From: Blepharisma stoltei ATCC 30299
Taxonomy: Eukaryota > Protista > Ciliophora
NCBI GenBank assembly: GCA_965603825.1
Contig: CBFDEM010000014.1
Location: 62,001 to 126,000, forward strand
Length of the DNA stretch: 64,000 nucleotides
Reading direction: 5' to 3'
Position 1 is the stretch's first letter, and each line of letters begins with the position of its first letter. Shown in pieces: positions 1 to 16,663 of the stretch. Made by a program: the position numbers and the translations under genes. The notes under the pieces are model-generated. The model had not been told where the DNA came from. It was given only the letters and a program-made list of their open reading frames with translations, and searched no databases.

Positions 1-868
1 CCATAACTGAATTTGCAAAATCTATATTTCCACAAGAAATAGTAGAATTTTCTCTAACTTTTAAAGCAGGTTGCTGAGTTTTAGGTGACTTATATATAGC
101 TTTTATATGAGGGCGCGATGCCATAAAATCAATTGGATAATTCAATTCAATGTTATGTGCTTCTAAAATCGCTCTCAGCTTACTACTTTGATTCATATCA
201 ACACGACGACAAAATGCACCCAAAAAACTGTCATTTCCATTTGAAATAAGCATAAATGCGTTAAATATACACCATATGCCACTTTCATTTGGATTTATGC
301 ATTGCTTAATAGAGTATTTATCATATATTTTAGCATTTGGAAAGCACCCACCCCAAAGGCTAGGCCCTCTATGAGGCTCTTCAAAATTAATTTTTTCCTT
401 TAGTAGGGATTTTATATTTTCAGGAATTTGACAACCATTCCCAGATGAATCAATTAGAAAAATTAATTCAGATAAGTTTCCCAGAGGTCTTCCATCAATA
501 AGTGTATGATTCTTAGGGAGAATTACTATTATTTGCCAAGTATAACTATACTTGAGCTGTTGATCTGATAATTGTAAATTTTCTTTAGCTAATATTGCTT
601 TTCAGCAGGATACAATTGGTATCTTCAATTCTTGGTCTGAGTCTTGCATTATTTCTTGGATTTTTGTAATAAAATCCAGATTTCCTGAAGATTCGAGATG
701 CCCGCCTAAAGTAAATTCTCGATCTATGAAGTGAATTTTATCATTATATATAGCTTGAAACGCATTTTTGATTGCCTGAAATGATGCATAACCTTGATTG
801 GCACTCGTCTGCATTCAATCATCAAGCTGTAAAAATTTCATATACAAGTCTTTTTCTGCAGTTATCAT
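1..868 (-). CDS. Hypothetical protein, runs off the window start; weak resemblance to Ulp1/CE-clan protease-like fold
   Basis: ATG at 868 (MITAEKDLY) is in frame with ORF 602..814 through two TGA(Trp) codons; no TAA/TAG was found down to base 1. Motifs WQIIVI, LIDS and KQ..N.NESGIWCIFNA are present. Confidence 0.65.
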
Positions 869-1039
869 AATTTTATTAATATTAATTCAAAAAACTTTAA
901 TTTTAAAATGTTAAGTAAATATGGCCCCCAGCTAATAGACTGAATTCTTAAATTTAACTCTAAGATTTGTAAGAGGAGACATATAAGCTAAACGGATTGA
1001 GCTAAGGAGGAATGATCATTGCCCATTCATTCTTGCACT

Positions 1040-1763
1040 AGAAGTTGCCACAAAAGGGATGGGGACATTGAGGGGCTCTCGAAATGCCCTCAGGGGATCC
1101 ACTAACAAGGAAACCTTTGAAGATTAAAAATTAGAATAAAGCTGCCTTCGCAGAAACTGACTGTACCTATCAATCCAATTCTCAAAGAAGGAGTCATCAA
1201 TTTCGCGGTAAATGATGCAAGTCACAATGATGCCAGGAATTTTTGAAGAGGTATTAGATGAGGCAGAGAATTGATATAAGGGCATAGAGGTGACAATCGA
1301 TAACGCTGTTTAAAAACTGAGCGACTGTCTGCATTTTAGTGTTAACTCGAGGTTTATCCTTAAAAGAGAGTTTGAGTCAATGGAGAAAGCTAGATCTACA
1401 AGATGAACTAACTGTGAGGGAAAAGAATATGGATAAACATCCGCATCACTCTTTTAGGATCTGCAGCAATTTGGATACAATGGTGAAGGATATGCCAGGA
1501 TAGCCAAGTCAAGAGAAAATTAATAAATGGGAAAAAATGAAAGGGAAGAAAGGAAAGGAAGCAGCAGAGGTGCAAATGGAGGGTTCGAGCAATAGCAGGA
1601 TGGAACTGGAGTTGAATAATTGTCTGGAAACTAACATAATAATGCAAATCAGACTATCATACCTTGCTCAACCCATAATTTGCATTAGTGAAAATAGAAG
1701 ATTGGGAAAATCTTAAACCAAAAGTGAGAGAGCTAAGCCTGCGTGAAGCTATAAAAGCATGGT
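1040..1763 (+). mobile_element. Probable decayed APE-endonuclease region of a non-LTR retrotransposon
   Basis: Purine-rich and less AT-rich than its flanks, with stops and frameshifts. Degenerate APE-like motifs appear in the right order: DIEGL (~1064), FAET (~1150), KGIEVTI (~1278), VYP (~1352), ICSNLDT (~1459), SRME (~1594), KSDYH (~1646). Confidence 0.4.
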
Positions 1764-2143
1764 AAAAATTTCTGCTAGCGCTCTTTTAAGCTATCCTATT
1801 TATTTTCAAGGATATTTGACCCAAATTTCTTTCGAAATCTGCTTTCTCTATTTCATTTGAGTTTATATCATATCATTTCTTTCTTATTTTTACTTCTCAT
1901 CTTCAGATCTATCATGCTCTCCACAACTCCTATGACTTCGATGACCCCAAAACTCTATGAACCTGCTGCTTTTCCTCTCACTTAGCGATTGGCTCACTGC
2001 TTCTTGCTCACTAGTCCAAAATGGTTTCGGAAAAAATCAACCCAACGAGTCTCCTTCAAAACATTTAAAATCCATTTTCCTAAAACTCCATGTTATGTAT
2101 ATAATTTACGATAAGGAAATAGGCACAAATTAAACTCATTTTA

Positions 2144-5335
<3,192 letters not shown>

Positions 5336-5354
5336 GTAATCATTTCTCTATTAA

Positions 5355-7025
5355 TTATTTTGTTAAGAAGTCCATCCAGTTGTTAAGGAATCCTTTTGTG
5401 AAAGGATTTTTAAACCTCAGCTTCAAAGTCCCGTCTATGCTTTGAAAAGGAGCAAAAAGATACCTATATTTATGCCTATTTAAGACTTCATTAGCTGTAA
5501 GACCATTGGAAATGCTGTAGATTTCTAATAATAAATACCAAAAAGAATACCAAGCTATAGGAATTGTGAGGAAAACAGTCAAAATAATGATGGGTTTTTC
5601 AGATAATAAAGAATAAACGAGCTTGACGAAATATGTCGTATAGTGGTCAGAGGTAATTGAAGCGTCCAGGTAGGCCCAGACTAGGAAAAGGTAAAAAATA
5701 CAGCCAAGATAGTGGGTATTTAGGCCTATCACGAATTTTTTATGGTTATCTTGCCCTATGCATTTGTTTAAAAAGAGACAGTGGTGGTCATAGACTGGGA
5801 CACAGATATTGCAAAATCTGCAATGTTTTGAGCGCTGAGGCCGCACCATATAGCAGGAGTAACAAATTTCTTCACACTTAGGCATTTCTCTGAAATTTCC
5901 GAGCTCGAACTGTTCGCCAAAAGTTTTGTACAGCTGGTTGTCCACTGATTCTCCTTTTTTCGCTAAAAACCCAGGCTTTGAGCATTTTAATAATCTATAT
6001 ACCATTTACATAAAAATCACTGGCATACACAGCACACACAAATTAAACCCTAAGCTTGAAAACAAGAATTGAGCAGTAAACGGCAAAATAAACCAAATAT
6101 AAGTTCCATATATTAAGATCCAATAAAGCAGAAACCACAGCGTAAAATGTGTATATATGCTTCCTCCATCCCTACAGTAATTCCTAAGCACTTGTCCAGA
6201 CCCTTGAGAATTCCACTCTTTTGAGATATCGCAAGGCTTCCTTTTCTTTTCGTCTAAAACTTCTTTATTAGCTCCTTCAAATAGCAGCCATTCTATTGCG
6301 TCAATTGCGTTAGACATAGCAGCTCTATGCAGTGGGGTCATTCCAAGCTTATCTTTCCCATCAATTGAGATTCCATAAGATTTTAATAATCTCATAAACA
6401 TCACATTATTCTTATAAGCCGCCCAATGCATTGCTGTACACTCATTACTGTCAGTCGCATTAATATTCGCCCCTCTGTGCACCAATACAAAAAACGACCC
6501 AATTTGGCCGCTCTGTACCGCACACAAAATTGGAGTCAATCCTAAGTTGTCAATTGCTTCAATGTCTGCCCCTCTGTCAAGGAAAAGCTTAATTAATTCG
6601 TAATTTCCTTTGGCAGCAGCCAGCATAAGTGGGGTTTGGCTGTTCCCGCTGCGCAAATCATAAGGACAAGCTGCCTTTTCTAATAATCGGTTTACGGAAT
6701 CTATATCTGACCGCCAAACAGCCATATGTAAAGCTGTGAAGCCTGCTGGGTCCATAAAATCGTAGTCTAGTTTCCCAGCTATAATTGCTTCAACTAGAGG
6801 TTTTAGGTTTCCAGCTTGGCATTGGTCTAGACATTCACGGATTAATTGTTCACGGCGTTCTTGTTCTGAAACTTGTTTTGGCTCTTCTTTTTTAATGGTT
6901 GGGCCGAGGACTGATTGAAATTTGGCACGCTGGTCTGGAGGGAGGGATTCTATTAGTTTTTCAAGCTCTTGGTTTTTATTCTCTGTTGGCTTTGGGCCTG
7001 TAAGCTGGGAATGCCAGTCTGACAT
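5355..7025 (-). CDS. Ankyrin-repeat DHHC palmitoyltransferase (AKR1/ZDHHC17-like), one 15-nt intron
   Basis: Ankyrin repeats (GFTALHMA, QTPLMLAA, GMTPLHRA), TM helices and a Cys-rich domain RSKHC..C..CV..YDHHC. ORFs 6006..7025 and 5355..6005 join by removing intron 5995-6009. Confidence 0.93.
5995..6009 (-). other. 15-nt spliceosomal intron GTAAATGGTATATAG
   Basis: GT..AG with A at position 10; it contains the in-frame TAA that separates the ankyrin and DHHC parts. Confidence 0.9.
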
Positions 7026-7374
7026 TTATGGAATTAAATAAGTTAGGAATCTTTTAAGGAAATAAATGTTTCAATTATAAATAGCATTTTGATATACAGT
7101 TTTTATAATTATTAGAAAAATTTGGCTTTTTTAATTAAAAAATTAATTAAATTAATTATTTGAATTTATTTTTTTCATTTATTTGCCAAGCTCTGAACTT
7201 TATTATTATATTCAAATTGAATCGAAAATTCCAAAATTATTGATTTCCTGCAGCCTTTTTAAAAAACCATCTTTTCTCCATCTTTTAAGTCTGGCCAGGT
7301 TTTTCACGAAATTTCCTCTCTTCTTCCCAGTATTTCACTGGTCCCATATTTTTTAATCGCTTATTATATAATAA

Positions 7375-8088
7375 ATGGAGGTATCAAGTTCACAAGTATT
7401 GCCTGGCTTCCCAGAATGCCAAAGCAGAGAATTTCTTGGGCTTTATTTATTCTACACCTTAGGAAAAATTATCGCTATTACAATCTTATTATCCCTGCTA
7501 CCATCAGATTGTGGAAGCTTAGTTGACTTATTCATGATTATATATGCGATTATTGAGGCTTATGAGTTCTTATTTTTATGTTCTTTACTTGCTAGGAAAT
7601 GCTTGCATTTTCATGGCAGATTGTCACCTTATTTCGTGAGGTCTGTGCAGCTTAGCTATGAATGGTAAAATTTATGCAGTTTCCGGTTTGTGATGGTGAT
7701 CGCATTGTCGTCACAGCTTACAAGTAATCCAGATTATTGGGATAAGCCGACTGGAATTCTGGCGACGGTCTTTATAAATATCGGATTTTTAAAAGTCCTC
7801 GCTGGGTTGGTCTATACGGCGATGTATTTCAGACAATTAAGAACCCTTATGGCTGACCAAGCTCCACAAAGCTATACAGTAAAATTTATTTAGCTTACAA
7901 AAGAGCAGCTAGAAGTATACATAAAACTACCACAAAGGGAAGGGTTATGCTCAATTTGCTTAGAAGATATTAGTCCTGATGCAAAGTGCATGGTGTTGCC
8001 ATGTGATCACAATTTTCATGTAAAATGTTTAAAGGACTGGGTTGCAGTAAAAGGAGTGTGTCCTATGTGTAGGACGCGATTAATTTAA
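7375..8088 (+). CDS. Transmembrane RING-H2 E3 ubiquitin ligase, two 15-nt introns (7665-7679, 7879-7893)
   Basis: About 4-5 hydrophobic helices, then CSICLED..LPCDHNFHVKCL.DW...CPMCR, ending TAA at 8088. The introns GTAAAATTTATGCAG and GTAAAATTTATTTAG each remove an in-frame stop. Confidence 0.9.
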
Positions 8089-8478
8089 GAATTCGATTGA
8101 ATTTTTATTGTCATAGTGCATGAGTTTATATACGTTTCGAATTTTAAGTATTTTTTAAATCTATTTGCTTACCAAAATAAACGAATATAATAAAATGACT
8201 TGTTTGTTATTCTTTGTCTAAGCGTTTTAATGATATAGGTTTTCAGATTAGCCCATTTATTTGGAGAAAATTTTGAATATCTAAGCCCATTTTTGTACTT
8301 AACTGAAATACCATTTTAGTCATTTTAATAAATATATATTCAGATTAGCCTCATCAATAATTTGTATAAATAGCCCTGCATTTCTATGATAGACTTATTT
8401 AATTATCTATTAAATATCTGTTTTTTTATTCAAAAATAGATAATTTTAAAGTATCCCTAAATAAAATAATTTTTTATT

Positions 8479-9027
8479 CTAATTAAGCCTTTTAGATTTA
8501 CCTGGAGAGGATTCAGTATCATATTTAAATAGTTGATCTTCTTCATTCTTTGCAGGACTATCTTCTTCATTTTTTGTAGGGCTATCTGAATATATTGGTA
8601 AATCAGTCGAAAAACTCTTCCTATTTAAGTTCGCAATAAAAGTAGCTGTTTCTCCTTTCTGAGTAAAAATCACCTTATTTTCAATGCTGTTATCAGCTCC
8701 TGCATCTATAAGCAGAGAATAAATTAATTCATTCTGCTGAACTGCTGCCAAATGCAGAGGAGTTTCCCCATGGAAATCTTGAGCATTTACATCAAAACCC
8801 TGCCTTAACAAAGATTCCACTGCTTCTTTTTGGCTGAGAAATACAGCCAAATGCAAATATGTTCAATTAAGCTGTATTAATTTTACATATTTTAAACGAG
8901 TTTGCTTATCAAGATTTGTATATTCGAAGCTAGAGTTGTCAGAAATAATGGCTTCCATTACAGTTGAGGTCTAATTATGGAATACTCTTGCGTTTTTGCG
9001 ATTTTTAGAGGAAAAGCAAGCACCCAT
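8479..9027 (-). CDS. Small ankyrin-repeat protein with N-terminal acylation motif (MGACFS); 1-3 tiny introns
   Basis: ATG at 9027. Intron 8971-8985 removes a TAG; 8872-8886 and 8659-8673 are candidate stop-free introns. LN-W(TGA 8863-8865)-TYLHLA and HGETPLHLA are ankyrin motifs. Confidence 0.85.
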
Positions 9028-9139
9028 TTTCTTAGATGATAAAAATTATCGGAAATTTCAATAATTGTAGATAAAATCGGCTTATTTTTGAAATTTTGAG
9101 AAGTTTAAAGGTGTTTTATATGGGTTTAATAAAATTATA

Positions 9140-9364
9140 ATGGACAGCAGTTGGCTTGAAACAAAAGAAAAAATTTCTAACTATCTTGATGAAAAAATAG
9201 CACCTATAAAAGATGAACTTAACATTCAGCAAGAATTACTAGCGAAATTATTAATAGTTATTCAAGAGTCTTGTACTGGAGAGTTTATTGATAAGAGGGA
9301 AACTGCTCCAAATTCAGTATCTCCAAATAAAAGCCCAAAATTGAACTTTAAGAAAAATAAATAG
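9140..9364 (+). CDS. Short hypothetical protein (74 aa)
   Basis: ATG follows an AT-rich leader, composition is coding-like and the stop is TAG; no recognisable domain. Confidence 0.45.
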   Translation: MDSSWLETKEKISNYLDEKIAPIKDELNIQQELLAKLLIVIQESCTGEFIDKRETAPNSVSPNKSPKLNFKKNK

Positions 9365-9770
9365 CTTATTAATTAATTTATAATTTGATATTATTTTCTT
9401 TCGAAACCGAGCAATATAGTAAGGAAAATTAATAGCAAAATTGCAATAAATGCTTAAAATAAAGCTAGATTTATAATTTAACTTGATTGAATCTAAGATT
9501 TTACAATTACAATCAAAAATAGCGTGATAACTAATATTTGGATAAATTGCAAAAATTATTGTTTTCATAATGGTTATTTACATTATGGAATGATCTGGCG
9601 ATTTTGGAAATGATGTCTCACTTGCATATAAAACTTTTTAGCTTTATGCTTTTCTTTTTATTGCCTATAGGATTTATTTTATATAAGAAATAGACTTATA
9701 TACTACTAAAAGCATTTGAAATTGAGCTAGAAGAACTAATTCTTTTAATTCAAGTAATTTTTAATAAAAG

Positions 9771-12700
9771 ATGGACGAAGAGCGTTATCTAAAAGACGAA
9801 GAAGAATTAGGCTACCTTATAAGTAGGATCCGTGACTTATACAACCTCTATAAAGATTTTAAATTCAGATACAAAGAATTTACTCAATTTTCAGAAAAGG
9901 CGCCAGAACATATTTTCTTGAAAGATCCAGACATTCAAAGAAAATTTCGTGATGAATTTATTGAAAAATTATCTGAAATCCCTTCTCCGCCTCCTATACC
10001 TTTATATCCAGACACTCTTCTTTCAGAATTTTTATCATTAAAATCTGGCCCTCGTGCTGATAATTTTATCAAAATATTGAGTGAATTTTATTACAATCAA
10101 TCTACTTATATAAAGCACTACAAGCTGAAATTTCTATTAAACTGGGCACATCTATCACAATTTGTGCGAGTTGACCATCTAAACCAGCACGTAAACCAGA
10201 GAATAGTAAAATTAACTGATCTCCTAAAGCTTTATAATAAGCGTTATTCTTTATTAACAAGCGAAGATGAAGCAGCAATTACAGAAGCCATCGAAAGCCC
10301 TTCAATTTTTGACAGCTATATCAGAGACTACATAAATATAAAATCCAACCTCTTAAACACCCACAAAAGTATCGACAGATTTCTTCAGAGACTGAAATGG
10401 CTTTCAGTATCTCATAGGTCAGAAATATGAAAAAGGTCTAATGAAATTTTATATGAGCTTAAACAACGGTCTATAGAAAGAATGAAATTAATCACAGGAA
10501 GGGAGGACATCGGGGAGTATAAGCTTGTGGTAAATCTTATGACGAATATTAATTTGAGGAATTTAAGAAAACAAAGAGAAATCATGAAAAGGGCCAAAGC
10601 TATCCATTCAACTTTTGCTGAAGAACATTTGAACTTAAACGAGCAACTTCTGAATTCTCATGTTGATGAAATTGATGGCCCACCTGTCTTTATTTTAAGT
10701 AAAAAGCAGCTAGCAAAAATTCTGTATTCAATTCAAAAAGAATTCGCCTTAATTTCTAATATTGAAGAAGACAATGGGAGTTCTTTATTTTACCAAATAT
10801 CGAATTTATTTCCTATTATTTTTCAAAATCAATCAAAAAGACTTGACTGAATCCCAGCAGAAAAATTTGAAAAAGACCAGTTAGATATAAACAGACTTTC
10901 TAATGTAAACGCTTCAAAAGCATTCAGATCTGTTCGCAGAAATTCTCTATATGTCCCGATCTCTTATCAGACCTTAGGAAATAGGCCAGTAAGAACCATT
11001 TATATAAAAAATGCTGATTGGCCTAAAAATTCAAGAATAACCCCTGCAATCCCTGCCTGGCAGAAAAAGCAGTCAGCTCAGCTAAAAAGTTTCTTAAAAA
11101 TTGATAATTTGTTAAGCAGCTCTTTTTTGATATTAGAAGTGCAAGACCAATCAGTCGTCACCAAAATTGTTGAAGAGTTTTCTCACACCTATGTAGACCG
11201 TGCAAGTAAACGAGGAGTCTTGCTGAGTGAACTTGGGCTTTCTAATGAGGATTTACTAAAACGATATTTTGCATCCTTAATAAATGATGCTAATATTGAT
11301 ATAAGCAGCACTCAAGAGCCAGAAGAGCCATTAGACCTGCCAATTCACAATATAAAAAGCTTATTTTTATTGAGACTTTTGAAATCAAGGTTCCAAAAAC
11401 AGTCAATTTTAAATATTTTAAATGCCATGAAGTCCATTGAAAGAAGGATTTTTTTTGATATGCAAGATTTAATGCAGGGCCAAAACACAAAATTAATAGA
11501 AAATGTCAATAAATATGTAGAAGAAGAAAATATCACCCATTATTGGCCTGATAAATGTGCAGAATTATATGGGAGAAAAAACAACATTGAAACTTTAGAA
11601 GGAGAAATTTATGTCCAAGACGAGTTTGGGTATAATATTTTATATAAAGAAGCAGTAGACGATTTTAATGAGCTACTAGAAGAACTAAAAAAATTAGGGA
11701 GCTTTTATATTGATAAATTTGAACTGTGAAGCGAAGAACAAGGAGAGTGTTTTCCAGTTATAGATAGAGACTTAATGCTAGGAGAAATGCTTGATGAAGA
11801 GCTGAAATTCCAAGAAGAAAAATTAAAATTGATATTTTTATATAACGAATTATATGATCATGCCATAGACGCAGGAATGCAAGGGACCATTGCAAAGCAA
11901 ATTTTAAATTTAATTGCAATGAGGCCAAGATATTTTCTTAATGGGTCGTATTTCACACAAAGCTATTGGGCACACATAAACTCACTTCAGCAGCATTTTC
12001 AGACTATTAATATAATTTTAGAAAATTCAAGATCCGCACTTCATGTCCCAGAAGTTTTCGAATCTTCAGGGAATGCTAGAGAAATTGAGATTTTTGAAGA
12101 AATTTCTTGGATACACAAGGCATGGCCACTTCTCCAGCAATGCATTGATGAGCTTTCTTTAATCCACCAGATAGAAACGCCTTTATTTTCAAGTGCCCTT
12201 GAACAAGCGGTATGGGAATTTTCGCAGCATGACTGACGGTATTCTCAATTTTCAGGCCGTGGGCATTTTCCTGAAGAAATTTTGATTGACCGTGGAGAAC
12301 TTGTGACATCAATTATTTCTGAGCTTGAAAGAGAAGTCAAGGTTAAAAATTGGAGGATGCTGCCCAAATTAAGTTTATTAGCTGATGGTAGGAAAGGCCC
12401 TGTTGATAGTAATATACCAAGTCTTCAACAGTTATATGCGAATTCTTTAGAGATCTGAAAATTTCGATCAGTTTTAGAAAAGACCCTTGAGGAAAGAGCT
12501 ATTTTAGAAGAAATTTATATAGCACAATTCAAAAAAATGGGCAAAGAGATCACTGAAGCTCCTCCTGCAAATTGAGATGTTGGGTTTTACTTAACCTCAA
12601 GAGTCGACGAAGGCCCAGGCTCAAGGATAGACTTTTCTCTTTCCGCTTTTGAAATAGATCCAAGCTTAAGATCAAATTTGCATTTCGGGAACGTCCACGC

Positions 12701-15700
12701 TATAAAAACTTTATTTCTGACCTGTGGACTAGAAGAAATAAGAACAGTAGCTTTATATGAAATAATGAATAAGCATTTATTAACAATCGCTATACAAACA
12801 AATCAAGCTGCAATTGAAGACTCAGAAAAACAAATTTGTGATATTGAGCTTGCAAGAGATTTAGCTTATGTCCCAAAATTATCAAAAGTAAAGTGAAATA
12901 ATATGTTTGGAAGAAAAGGAGAAGGACTAATTCCTGATAAAATTGAAAGAGAAGTCAAAAGGCTCCAAATAAAAATGTTAAGTGAAGCAAGTATGTTTGG
13001 CTTTGATATTAAACATAAAAAACTGAACCACAGAGAAAATCTTGAAAATAATTATAAAAGAATTGCAGAAAAATATAAAACTATTTTTGAAGAAGAAAAT
13101 TTGCATCTTGTATTGAGATATACAAGATGCTTGTGTGTTCAGGCTTACTGCAATGAGGTGTTAAGAGAAGCATATCATGACTCAATTAAGCTGCAAGTCA
13201 TTAAGGTTTTAAGCGAATATTGTCTACTTTTGAAATTGGTACCAGAAGACTTGTACAATGCATTTGTAGAGGAAAATCCAAAACCAAACCAATTAATAGA
13301 TGAAGAAGGGAAAATTGTGAATATTTTATATATACCAACAATTGAAGATATTTTAGCATTACCAAGCTTTACAAATAATGAAAAATCAAGCTGGGCAGAT
13401 TGGGATCCTTATTTAATAGCAGAAACCCCAGAAATTTACCATAAAAAACTCAAAAATCTTTTATTGAAAAATTCGATTTCCCATGATTTCAACTATGGGT
13501 CATTAAAAATTTCTAATGACTGGCATTTTAATTCTTCAGTGAAAAATTATTTAGAATTATTGATCACTATGAGCAGGATTTTTGGAATTTTATTATTTTC
13601 AAACAGCATGGAGCTACCAGGAAAAGATATCACTAATATGGTAGATTTATTATTGTATAAAAATAAATATTGAAAAATAATTCAAGAAAATGAAGAAACA
13701 GACCCCAGAGCATTAGCAGTTTTTAGAATGCTAAAAGAAAGCAGTCCTCAGTTAGTTTTGTATAATATTTTTAAAAAAATCATAGATTTTCTTAAAGGAA
13801 TGCAGAGCGAAATGCAGACTTTAAATAAAATAGATCAATGCAAATACCTTATTTTTGAAGTAAAAAGAATTTTTCAATGCATGGCAATTTCTATATTTGA
13901 ATGCTGAAATTGATGCTTAGAAAATCATAATGAAAGTGATGGCAAAGAAGTATTAGAAAATATTTGTGAAAATTTCAGGCTAACACGTAACAATTTTATT
14001 CACGGGTTAAAAAACTCGATAAACGCTAAGTCATCAGAAAGCTTTCTAATAAATTTAGGCGAAAATTTAGTATTTTCTGATAACCAAAACTATCTAAGCC
14101 TAGGACTTGTAGCAAGTTCATCTGTGCTCAAATTATCGTCAACTTTTGTAGACTGCTCTATAGAATGCAGAAATTATTTTTTTAAAAAATTCATTATGAT
14201 AGAAAAAGACAGCAGAAAAATGATTTTTAATAAAAATAAATCTGACACAGAATCAGTGGCAACTCTTGAAGAGGAACTTGAAGCTTGGAAATTGAAATTA
14301 TCATGGCTTTCATATAAATTCGAAATCGATATCCCTTCTAGCTCTCAAGACTATTTGTCATTAATAAAGGAATATTATGACACAATAAAGACAAAGGCTT
14401 CTTTTCTTATCCAAAAACAAAAATCCCCAGAAAATTTGTTCTTGAAATTATTTTTTCAGATTTCCTTGTGTAAAGAGTCTATAAATCTACTTCAATCTCA
14501 ATTAATAAGCCTTATAGATACCACAGGCTTAGATATGGGCATAACAGGAAAATCTGAGTTTGCTTGTAATTTTGATAAAAATACCCATATAAAGGACCTC
14601 CGCCCTGGGGATATTCATAATTTTATAAATACAATAAGAAACAGAGGAACTGCAATAGAAGCCCCAACATCAGGTAAATCCTTTACTTTTGCTTTGTCTG
14701 ACTTAAATTATTTAACTAAAATGCTTGCTAGCCGCATAATAAAATACGCAGAAACTGAGGTAAGAATCAAAGAAGAAGCCAATCAAATAAAATCTCAGCT
14801 ATTTGATTTCCAGCTAAAAGCCTTATCCAAAGAAGAAAAATCGGTAAAAAAAAGTTTGGAATTATTTAAATCAAATTTTGAAGGGCTTTGCAATTCAAAT
14901 ATATCAACAAGAGGTAATAAATTGATTTATACATTAGATTCAGCATTTAGAGAATTAAATGAGATTAAGTCCAATATGAAGCATTTGTATAAGCAAACTG
15001 ATGAATTTATATATAAAGATTTTAAAGAAGAATTACAAGAAAAAGGTAGAAAAATTCATGATTTAAAAGAAAACCATAGAGACTATTATAACGAAATGGC
15101 TCAAACCTTAAAAACAAATTTGACTGATAAAAAAGAAGAAGCCCTATTAGAAGTCAAATCTGGAACCTCTGAATACAAAGCATTCGAGCTACAAAAATTT
15201 ATTCTCGATGATAAAAATGATACAGAAAATAAAGAAAAAACTGAACTAAGCCGTCTGCAAGACAATATCATAAAAATCCGTATCATGAATAAATGGATTT
15301 TACACAGAATAAAAGAACGCAAAGAAAAACAAATAAATGAGCTTAAAGAAACCCTCCAATCTAATCAATACTTATGGGAGCAAATAAATGAATCTGAACG
15401 ACGAGAAGCTTTATTAAAACAAGAGCTTTCTTTAACCCAACAAAATCTTGCCACAGGAGAAAAGCTAGCAGACTATTTGCAAGGACAAATAGAAGACATG
15501 AATAATCAAAGGCTAAGGCTACAGCAATTTAAAACCACAAAAGGAAGAAGAATAATTGAGCTAGAAGCCAAAGTGAAAAAACAAAATTCAGCAGATAGGG
15601 CCGAAAACCAAACTTTTTTACGTGGACTTTATATCCAAGACAAACTATTAAAAAAAAATTTTAATAATGAAGCTGAAGGTGCGTTGGAATATATAGAAAA

Positions 15701-16028
15701 ATCTCATGAATATTCAGCAAAAATAAAAAATTTAGAGGAAAAAATTAAAAGGGAAAGGCAATTGAAATTGGATGGGTTTAATGAGGTTGTTATGCTGAGA
15801 GATGATATGAATAAAATTGGAGGAAAAGATAGGGAAGCATTGTGGAAATATAGATATCAAGAATTGCTAGCGGAGTCTGAGAAATTAAAAGAACAAAATG
15901 CACAGCTGAATATTCATTTGGTTACTCATGGAGGAAATCAGGTTGAAGTTGTGGATTTAAATAGAACAGTTCAGAATTTGCCAAAAATTGAACCTAAAAA
16001 TAGGAGGTTGAATACTACTTTGATATAA
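9771..16028 (+). CDS. Large CCDC162/DUF4549-like coiled-coil protein (~2085 aa)
   Basis: Seven listed ORFs (9771, 10482, 11109, 11775, 12678, 12903, 14124) share one frame, broken only by TGA, and end TAA at 16028. Segments YVQDEFG..ILY..A..DF.EL.EEL..LGSFYIDK and IDR..ML...F.E.K..L...Y.ELY.HA.D...RPRY...YF resemble CCDC162 as I recall it. Confidence 0.85.
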
Positions 16029-16663
16029 AATATATCTATATTTTAATTTATTGAAATAAAATAATAAAAATAAGAAAGTTTTAAAAAATCGGAAATTTTG
16101 ACTATAGATAGATGGAGTGTTATTATAGAATGAACTCAAAGCTATCTTTTAGTTAATTAACCACTATAGTGAGCTCAATAAAAGCATCCCTAAGAAAAAT
16201 ATTGCTAATAGAAGTAATCTTTATAAATAAGTTCTTCTATTCTACTTTACTACTAAATTAAGTGGCTAGCTATTCTTCTTATAATGCTAAAATATACAGG
16301 CTCAATTAAAAACAAAAATTTTTGAATGATTAGGTTTAGGATAAGTTTAATTGCATTTTAATGAAAAAAAATACCAACAATTATAAGCTTTATTTAAGAT
16401 ACCTCATAAAATAATATTTGCAGAATTCCATTTGATTATTTTCTAGCAAATTTCTTTACCTGCGTTATATATATTTTTTTAAATTTCAATTAAAGCATAA
16501 TTAATGAAAACTTTTAGATATTTTTCTGCATTTTTTTAATTTTATATTCAACATTATTATTCTTCTTAAATTTATAAAAAAACCTCGGATTACTCATCAA
16601 ATCTATTGTAAAACGGCTTTAATTTCCATTTTTTCAAGGATAAATCATAAAATATCATATTTT

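Noticed and set aside
9771-16028. Clusters of short adjacent ORFs read as operons or nonsense-mutated pseudogenes (also 19185-21011, 48953-50626, 58501-59871, 61509-64000)
   Set aside because: The pieces share one frame and are broken only by TGA, never TAA/TAG. They are single genes under TGA=Trp.
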